A stretch of DNA of 64,000 bases from Acidobacteriota bacterium (GTDB lineage Bacteria; Acidobacteriota; Thermoanaerobaculia; Multivoradales; Multivoraceae), in assembly GCA_036337765.1 (NCBI GenBank), contig JAYZDP010000168.1, forward strand, positions 3,247-67,246. The letters run 5' to 3'. The translations under genes and the position numbers were made by a program. The notes beneath the pieces were generated by a model, which searched no databases, had not been told where the DNA came from, and saw nothing but the letters and a program-made list of their open reading frames with translations. Positions within the stretch are counted from its first letter, which is position 1, and every line of letters begins with the position of its first letter. Below are positions 58,378-64,000 of the stretch, in pieces.

Positions 58378-58397
58378 CTTGTGAAAAATTTCACAAG
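58378..58397. promoter_or_regulatory. CRP/FNR-family binding site CTTGTGAaaaattTCACAAG (TGTGA-N6-TCACA)
   Basis: Perfect match to the CRP consensus half-sites, with 9-bp arms. Centre lies about 96 nt upstream of the HEAT-protein gene start, at the head of the bc/cox operon. Confidence 0.55.
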
Positions 58398-58449
58398 TGG
58401 AACGGTGCCGAATGGAGACACCTCGACACTAGTCGACCTGGGGTTCCGG

Positions 58450-58561
58450 GCCTGCGCGGCGAGCGCCCCCCGGAGGGAAGGAATACTAGCGGGGGGCGTG
58501 GCATGAGCGCGCTCCGACCTCGACCCCGCCTCACAGCCATGGCCACCGCGCCACCCGCTAG
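58450..58561 (-). repeat. intergenic MITE/REP-like repeat, copy C (more diverged stem)
   Basis: Shares GCCTGCGCGGCGAGCGCCCCCCGGAGGGA...CTAGCGGGGGG...CCACCCGCTAG with copies A and B. The 3' CTA supplies the TAG stop of the YkvA-like gene. Confidence 0.65.
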
Positions 58562-59064
58562 TGCGTCGGGCCTCCGACTCGCAATCCCCAGCGCGTCAGG
58601 ACCCGGGCTAGCCGGCCCTGCAGGCGGCTTGAGAGCAGCGAGTCCGCGGCTCGGGCTGCGTCGGCAAGCACCTCCTGAAAACGGCGCGATCCGCTCCAAT
58701 GCCGGGTCACCACGTCCTCCATGTCTTCGGTCAGCACGTGACTCACGACGGTCGCCGCGATCACGACGTCATCGAGAAATCCACCAAAGCCGAGCAGCGC
58801 CTCGGGAAGGAGGTCCACAGGCAACACGAAGTAGGCCAGCGCACCACCAATCAGTGCCCGCGTCGACTGCGGCACCTCACGATCGAAAAACATCCGCACC
58901 AGCAGGATGAACAGGTCTGGCGCCGCGAGCAGGGCCTCCGAGGCACGGTCGCCGACGCGGCGAGACAGGCTCACCTCCATCCGGTCCCGCAGCCGATCGT
59001 AGAAAACCAACAACCGCTCGGAATCGAGATCCTCTCCGTCGATCGTCGCCGTTTCGTCGCTCAT
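58558..59064 (-). CDS. DUF1232/YkvA-family membrane protein
   Basis: Conserved ALAYFVLPVDLLPEALLGFGGFLDDVVIAATV segment. Start at the internal MSDETATIDG (59064); the ORF opens at 59136. Confidence 0.6.
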   Translation of the reverse strand: MSDETATIDGEDLDSERLLVFYDRLRDRMEVSLSRRVGDRASEALLAAPDLFILLVRMFFDREVPQSTRALIGGALAYFVLPVDLLPEALLGFGGFLDDVVIAATVVSHVLTEDMEDVVTRHWSGSRRFQEVLADAARAADSLLSSRLQGRLARVLTRWGLRVGGPTH

Positions 59065-60023
59065 CTTGGAATCCGATCCCGCCAGTGCTCGAGTAGATCC
59101 TCCAGCGTCTGCTGGAGCGGAATGCCAGGCACCCAACCCGTGGCGTCGCGGAACTTGCTCGCGTCACCGATCAGGATCTCGACATCGGAGGGTCGCATGC
59201 GTTCGGGATCCGTCTCGATCTCGACTGCGACCTCCGACAGACCCAGCAGTGTATCGAGGAGCTCCCTGATGGAGACACCGCGCCCGGACGCGAGGTTGTA
59301 GACCTCACCCGGCTCGCCGAGGGTCGCGGCGAGGTAGTAGCCCCTGGCAATGTCGCGGACGTCGGTGAAGTCGCGAATGGCATCGAGGTTGCCAACGCGC
59401 AGCACCGGCTCACAGCGCCCCGCCTCGACCAGCGCAATCTGGCGGGCAAAGTTGGAGGCTACGAACACATCGCCCCGACGCGGCCCAGTGTGATTGAAGG
59501 CACGCGTGCGCACGATGTGCAGGCCGTAGCTCTTCTCGTACTGGTAGCCGAGATAGTCCTGGGCGACCTTCGAGACCGCGTAGGGTGACAGCGGCCGCAG
59601 CGGGTTCGACTCGGTGATCGGGATCTCGTCGCGGTTCACCAGACCGTATTCCTCGCTGGACCCGGCAATCTGGATCGCCGGGTCGATGCCGAGGCTGCGC
59701 ACCGCCTCGAAGAGGTAGGTCTGACCGATGATGTTGGTGGTCAGGGTCTCCGCCGGACCGGTCCAACTCGCCGGGACGTAGCTCTGCGCAGCAAGATGGA
59801 AGATGATGTCGGGCCGCAGCTTGTCGAGTGTGCGGTGCATCGAGGTGTAGTCGCGCAGATCCGTCTCGAGCAGCGTCACGCGCTCTCGAAAGCTCCTGAC
59901 GTTGCCCATCGGCGAGCGCCATCGGAACGTTCCCGCCACCTCCAGCTCGGGATGCTCCGCAAGCAGAAACTCGGCCAGGTGCGAGCCAGCGAAGCCCGTG
60001 ATGCCGGTGATCAGCGCCCTCAT
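59061..60023 (-). CDS. GDP-mannose 4,6-dehydratase family / GDP-6-deoxy-4-keto-mannose reductase (Rmd)-like SDR
   Basis: ALITGITGFAGSHLAEFLL, catalytic YAVSK (YxxxK). ATG at 60023 preceded by AGGAGCTGGGG. Overlaps rmlD by 4 nt. Confidence 0.75.
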   Translation of the reverse strand: MRALITGITGFAGSHLAEFLLAEHPELEVAGTFRWRSPMGNVRSFRERVTLLETDLRDYTSMHRTLDKLRPDIIFHLAAQSYVPASWTGPAETLTTNIIGQTYLFEAVRSLGIDPAIQIAGSSEEYGLVNRDEIPITESNPLRPLSPYAVSKVAQDYLGYQYEKSYGLHIVRTRAFNHTGPRRGDVFVASNFARQIALVEAGRCEPVLRVGNLDAIRDFTDVRDIARGYYLAATLGEPGEVYNLASGRGVSIRELLDTLLGLSEVAVEIETDPERMRPSDVEILIGDASKFRDATGWVPGIPLQQTLEDLLEHWRDRIPR

Positions 60024-60877
60024 TCCCCAGCTCCTACTGCTCCGAGACGGGTAAGACAATCGTCGAGGCCATCGCGCCAGTCTTCCACGCTTCTAGCAAC
60101 GCGCAACTCGAAGCGGCTCACGTCGAGAACCGAGTACGCAGGCCGGGTCGCCGGGCGGGGAAAGGCAGCGGAGTCGACCGGCATGATCAAGCGCGCCGAT
60201 CCCACCGCTGCCGCGATCGCCCGAGCGAAACCGAACCAGGTCACTGGCGCGCGGTTTCGATAGTGGACAAGACCCGCCGAGCCGGCTGCAGCCAGATCGA
60301 CGAGACCCCTCGCCAGAAACGGTGCGTAGGTCGGACAGCCCTGCTGGTCATCGACGATCCGCGGGTCCTCGACTGCCTCGAGAAGACCGAGCACGGTCTG
60401 GACGAAGCTCGCCCTGGTGCTGCCAAAGATCCAGCTGGAACGCACTACGAGCGACCGCGGGTCGGCCAGCGCCGCCGCCTCACCGGCGAGCTTGGTCGTG
60501 CCGTAAACAGATTGCGGCGCGGGGGGATCTTCCTCGCGGTAGGGCACCTGCGCCCTGCCGTCGAAGACATAGTCGGTCGAGACGTGCACTACCCGCGCGG
60601 CGGCGGCCCGCGCCGCTGCGACGACATTCACCACCCCCCCGTGATTGACGCGTCGAGCGTCGTCCGGCCGAGACTCGCAGCCATCCACCCCCGTGAAGGC
60701 CGCACAGTTGAAGACGATCTCCGGCGCGAGCGCGATCACGCCGTCCACAAGCTTCGATCGGTCGGTGATGTCGAGATCGTCCCGAACGGCACCGACAACC
60801 TCGAACCCCCGAGAGCTCAGCTCGGCGAGCAGAGCACCGCCCACGAGACCGCCGGCACCCAGAACCAGGGATCTCAT
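60020..60877 (-). CDS. rmlD: dTDP-4-dehydrorhamnose reductase
   Basis: MRSLVLGAGGLVG Rossmann start, YGTTK catalytic motif. 285 aa from the ATG at 60877. Confidence 0.8.
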   Translation of the reverse strand: MRSLVLGAGGLVGGALLAELSSRGFEVVGAVRDDLDITDRSKLVDGVIALAPEIVFNCAAFTGVDGCESRPDDARRVNHGGVVNVVAAARAAAARVVHVSTDYVFDGRAQVPYREEDPPAPQSVYGTTKLAGEAAALADPRSLVVRSSWIFGSTRASFVQTVLGLLEAVEDPRIVDDQQGCPTYAPFLARGLVDLAAAGSAGLVHYRNRAPVTWFGFARAIAAAVGSARLIMPVDSAAFPRPATRPAYSVLDVSRFELRVARSVEDWRDGLDDCLTRLGAVGAGE

Positions 60878-60885
60878 CCGCCAGC

Positions 60886-63252
60886 CTAAAGCGACTCGTG
60901 CTGGCCGCCGGTCAGGTCGAGGAAGGTGCCAACGTTCTTCAAGGTCAGAGAGAAACGGAACACGTTGTTCTTCTCCGGCGACGACAACCGGCCCCACTCC
61001 GAGAACTCGAAGGTCATGGTGTAGCAGCCGGCCGTGTACTCGAGCAGATGACGCTGCTGCTGCATGAACTTCTCGTTGGCGTCGTACGTCACCGCCGTTA
61101 GGTAGACCAGTTTGTCGCGCATCAGCTCGAACTCGGTGGCGACGCGAAACTGGTTGGTCCGGGTGAAGTCGAGCTCTGGATCGAGGCGAGTCGACCAGCG
61201 CAGACCTACGTTGTGGCGTCCCAGTCCGAAAGTGCCAGAGGTCGATGTCGAAGAGATTCCCCCGAACAGTGTGTCGTACCTGATCTGCTGGCGAAGGCTG
61301 GTGCGTTCGCTGGGCTGGTAGCGCAACTCGAGGTCGAGAGGACCGTTCTGGCTCGAACGGGTGGAGTCGCGCGAACGCTGCAAAGGAACGTCGTCATCGA
61401 GCGAGACGAGTCGCGAGACCTCGAGCGACAGGATCTCGCGCGCACCACCTTCGTCCTCGTCCAACGGCTTGGCGAGCAGCCGGTTGATGATCCCGTACTG
61501 ACCGATGTTGGCGCCGCGGATAATGTCGATCTCGTCGAAACGGACGATGCGGTTGGTCTCGTCGTAGTCCTCGATGAACGCATAGGCGAAGCGCGGCTCG
61601 ACGATGTGCTTGTACTTGCCCCACTTGCGTCCGCCCTCGTAGATGCGCGAGATCGAGGGGCCGACGACCTCCAACCTCACGTTCGGCAGCAGCCGGTCAA
61701 GAGCCTCACCCCGAAAGAACTGGTCGTTGCCCTCGTCCTCGGGGGTCGTCTCGCCTTTAAGCTTGTTGCTCTCGCCCCACCAGGTGAAGTTAGCTCCGAC
61801 GTCAAGCGAGATAGAGAGCCACGGGAAAGCGCGCAGCGGCAGCGTCAAGACGGGCGCCAGGTTGACGCGCGGGTAGGTGATGTCGAACTGGTCGCCGCGC
61901 TCCGCCGACAGGTAGTGCACCGCGCTCGCCAGGCCGAAGTAGAGCGGCGTCGAGCCCAGCTGCGTCGCGCGCATGGAGTACTCGAGCTCCGGAAGCTGAC
62001 GCAGGATGACCTTGGTGTCCTGGCGGAAGATCGCCTCGCGCTGGTCCTTGATCAAGTTCAGCGAGTTCCGGCCCCAGTTCTTCGACAGGAACGCGTACGA
62101 GGCGATCTGACGCCGACTGTTGTGCCGGATCTCGCGCTCGAAATCGCGGTAATAGTCGAAGTCGGAGGCGTCCTCGTACGACGCTGCGCCGCGGAAGCCG
62201 AATGGCAGGTCCTTCGACTCGTGAGACAGGCTCCTACGCCAGCGGGTGGTGTTGGTGCGCGGGTCGTCGATCCAGCTCCCCTCGAACAGGCCGAAGGTCC
62301 CCTCGGTGGGCTGGTAGCGGATCTGGGCGCCGTAGGCATCGAAGCCGGCATCGGAGTACTCGTAGTGCAGCGTCGCGTCGAAGCTGTCGCCGATCGCCTG
62401 GTAGTAGGCCATCCCCAGGGTCGAGCCGCGGGTGCCCGAGAAGCCGGGCTTCGGAATCAAGAGCCCCGAGCTACGCGACGGCTTCACCGGCCAAACCATG
62501 TACGGCCAGTAGAAGATCGGCGCCTTCTTCAGCCGCATGGTCGTGCCGCGCGTGCGGGCGTAGCCGTCGATCACCACCTTGGTCTTCTTGGTGTGAAAGC
62601 TCCAAGGTGGCACCTCGGCCTCACACGAGCTGAACGATCCGCGCAAGACCGTGTAATGCCGCGCGCCGGTCTTGATGATCTCCTCGCCGGCAAAGAAATA
62701 GTCGCTCGCCACGTAACCCTTGGCCTGCGTCAGGCTGCCGGTCTTCTCGTCGAGATTGAACGACATCGTGGCGCCGGTCAGCCGAGTCGGGCCCTGGTCG
62801 AGCACGATGTTGCCAAGCGCCGTGACCATCTTGGTCTCCTGATCGATCTCGGCACGCTCGGCGCGGATCGAAATATCTTCGAACTCGAACTCCACTCTGC
62901 CGACGAGAACATAGAGACTGCCCTCGAGCGCGAGCTCCTCCGCGAGCGCAACGCCCGTGCCACCCCCCGACTCCTCGGTGAAGGCAATCTCGAAGCGCAG
63001 CCGGTCCTCGGGTGTCGGGCCCTCTTCACGCGCCATCAACAGGCGCTGATTGTCGGTCGGGAACGGATCCTCCTCGGTCTCGGGATCCTGGCCTTCGTCC
63101 GGCTCGGCCTCCGCAGCCGGGTCCGGCTCTTGCGCGAGTGTGGCGCCTGCCGTGGGACCGCCAGCCGCTAGAATCCACAGGGTAGCGATCGCGATCAGCA
63201 AGATCAGCAGGCTGCGGGCGGGACCCGAGATCACGCATTCTTGGCTCGACAA
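60886..63252 (-). CDS. lptD: LPS-assembly outer-membrane protein LptD (OstA)
   Basis: Signal sequence, N-terminal OstA domain, and a large C-terminal beta-barrel rich in aromatic/Gly alternation. 788 aa. Confidence 0.85.
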   Translation of the reverse strand: MSSQECVISGPARSLLILLIAIATLWILAAGGPTAGATLAQEPDPAAEAEPDEGQDPETEEDPFPTDNQRLLMAREEGPTPEDRLRFEIAFTEESGGGTGVALAEELALEGSLYVLVGRVEFEFEDISIRAERAEIDQETKMVTALGNIVLDQGPTRLTGATMSFNLDEKTGSLTQAKGYVASDYFFAGEEIIKTGARHYTVLRGSFSSCEAEVPPWSFHTKKTKVVIDGYARTRGTTMRLKKAPIFYWPYMVWPVKPSRSSGLLIPKPGFSGTRGSTLGMAYYQAIGDSFDATLHYEYSDAGFDAYGAQIRYQPTEGTFGLFEGSWIDDPRTNTTRWRRSLSHESKDLPFGFRGAASYEDASDFDYYRDFEREIRHNSRRQIASYAFLSKNWGRNSLNLIKDQREAIFRQDTKVILRQLPELEYSMRATQLGSTPLYFGLASAVHYLSAERGDQFDITYPRVNLAPVLTLPLRAFPWLSISLDVGANFTWWGESNKLKGETTPEDEGNDQFFRGEALDRLLPNVRLEVVGPSISRIYEGGRKWGKYKHIVEPRFAYAFIEDYDETNRIVRFDEIDIIRGANIGQYGIINRLLAKPLDEDEGGAREILSLEVSRLVSLDDDVPLQRSRDSTRSSQNGPLDLELRYQPSERTSLRQQIRYDTLFGGISSTSTSGTFGLGRHNVGLRWSTRLDPELDFTRTNQFRVATEFELMRDKLVYLTAVTYDANEKFMQQQRHLLEYTAGCYTMTFEFSEWGRLSSPEKNNVFRFSLTLKNVGTFLDLTGGQHESL

Positions 63253-63335
63253 TCGTCTACCTCGGGCCTCTCTTCCCAGCTTCTGAGGCCGCGCATAGCA
63301 TAGCCGAAGGGCGCAGCCCGAACCGCCGCAACGAC

Positions 63336-63755
63336 ATGACCAGATACCTCGGAATCGACTTCGGCGAACGCCGCGTAGGGATTGCGATCTCCGACGACGA
63401 GGGCCGCCTCTCCGTACCCTTCGACACCCTCGAACGGGCGAGTGATCGGCAAATCGTCGGTGTCATCCGTCAGCTGGCCGACGAGGAGGGGATCGGCGGT
63501 CTTGTCGTCGGTGAGCCGAGGACGCTCGACGGTGAGGCCGGCGACGCGGCCAAGCGTGTGCGCAGCTTCGCGGCCAAGCTCGAGGAGGGCACGGGCATCC
63601 AGGTGCGGTTCATCGACGAGGCACTCACCACCGTCGAAGCCGAGTCCCGCCTGCGCGAAGCAGGCGTACCGCGACGCCGGATGGCCAAGAAACGTGACGC
63701 CCTGGCCGCCCAAATCCTGCTGCAAGAGTGGCTCGATCAAGAGGCGTCTCGATGA
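63336..63755 (+). CDS. ruvX: Holliday-junction resolvase-like RuvX/YqgF
   Basis: MTRYLGIDFGERRVGIAISD start with the catalytic D/E. 139 aa. Confidence 0.9.
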   Translation: MTRYLGIDFGERRVGIAISDDEGRLSVPFDTLERASDRQIVGVIRQLADEEGIGGLVVGEPRTLDGEAGDAAKRVRSFAAKLEEGTGIQVRFIDEALTTVEAESRLREAGVPRRRMAKKRDALAAQILLQEWLDQEASR

Positions 63756-64000
63756 TCCTCCGAGCCCTAGTCGCTCTAGCTCTCGCTTCGGTCCCGATCG
63801 CCACCGGTGCCGGAGCCGCCTGGTGGGGATGGCGGGCCGTTCACGAGCCCTACCGCGGCTGGAGCGGAAACGAGGTGACCTTCGAGGTCGAGACCGGCTC
63901 GAACGCCACCCAGGTGCTCGCCGCCCTCGCCGAGGCCGGCATCATCGGTGAGGCTGGCCTGGCGCGCCTGTACCTCCTCTATGTCCTCGAGGACACGGTG
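63752..64000 (+). CDS. mltG: endolytic murein transglycosylase MltG (YceG), 5' part only
   Basis: ATGA overlap with ruvX (the usual ruvX-mltG arrangement). N-terminal TM then a YceG-like start. Runs off the window end. Confidence 0.6.
   Translation, partial: MILRALVALALASVPIATGAGAAWWGWRAVHEPYRGWSGNEVTFEVETGSNATQVLAALAEAGIIGEAGLARLYLLYVLEDTV

Noticed and set aside
1-64000. CRISPR arrays, tRNA/rRNA genes, IS elements, integrases, toxin-antitoxin or defence-system genes
   Set aside because: I scanned both strands for direct-repeat/spacer periodicity, tRNA T-arm motifs (GGTTCGA-type), transposase/integrase-like ORFs and typical defence domains. None were found. The only repetitive DNA is the MITE/REP-like family reported above.

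Overview
This is a high-GC (about 68%) chromosomal segment from a Gram-negative bacterium (LptD and MutM are present). It is densely coding on both strands; I found no rRNA, tRNA, CRISPR array, transposase or integrase.

Gene content in order:
- 1..7.9 kb: a sugar-nucleotide and amino-sugar group (SDR epimerase, an unusually large 1162-aa GlmS-like amidotransferase/SIS protein, a PLP aminotransferase, a C-N hydrolase, an alpha/beta hydrolase, QueD).
- 7.9..10.2 kb: a DASS permease with TrkA-C domains and an RRM RNA-binding protein.
- 10.3..13.7 kb: mutM, a HolA-like gene, a histone-H1-like/DksA-TraR fusion, rlmH.
- 13.9..18.6 kb: ileS and a phosphomannomutase.
- 19.5..20.4 kb: a frameshifted ECF sigma factor gene followed by an intact putative anti-sigma ORF.
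- 21.6..27.2 kb: tdk, an HAD hydrolase, erpA, ygfZ, ppk1.
- 27.2..32.5 kb: a molybdopterin and ubiquitin-like sulfur-carrier module. It has a MoaD-MoaE fusion, a MoeZ E1-like enzyme with a rhodanese domain, a CysO homologue ending GG-AP, a Mec+/JAMM protease, a sulfite-oxidase-like Mo enzyme, and a clearly decayed cysM remnant.
- 32.5..38.7 kb: argR-argH-argD-argB-argJ-argC, with an ARG box and an AT-rich promoter at argC.
- 38.9..45.4 kb: a rhomboid protease, xseBA, and a secreted vWA protein with two hypotheticals.
- 45.6..58.3 kb: one long minus-strand respiratory operon. It runs Rieske / split cytochrome b / octaheme cytochrome c / cupredoxin lipoprotein / ctaB-coxA-coxC-coxIV-small ORF-coxB-DUF420, with a perfect CRP-type palindrome upstream.
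- 58.6..64.0 kb: a YkvA-like protein, a GMD/Rmd-like dehydratase, rmlD, lptD, ruvX and a partial mltG.

The most unusual non-coding signal is a family of about 110-nt MITE/REP-like repeats with a roughly 19-bp terminal inverted repeat. There are three full copies and one degenerate copy. In every copy the 3' end supplies the TAG stop codon of the adjacent minus-strand gene.
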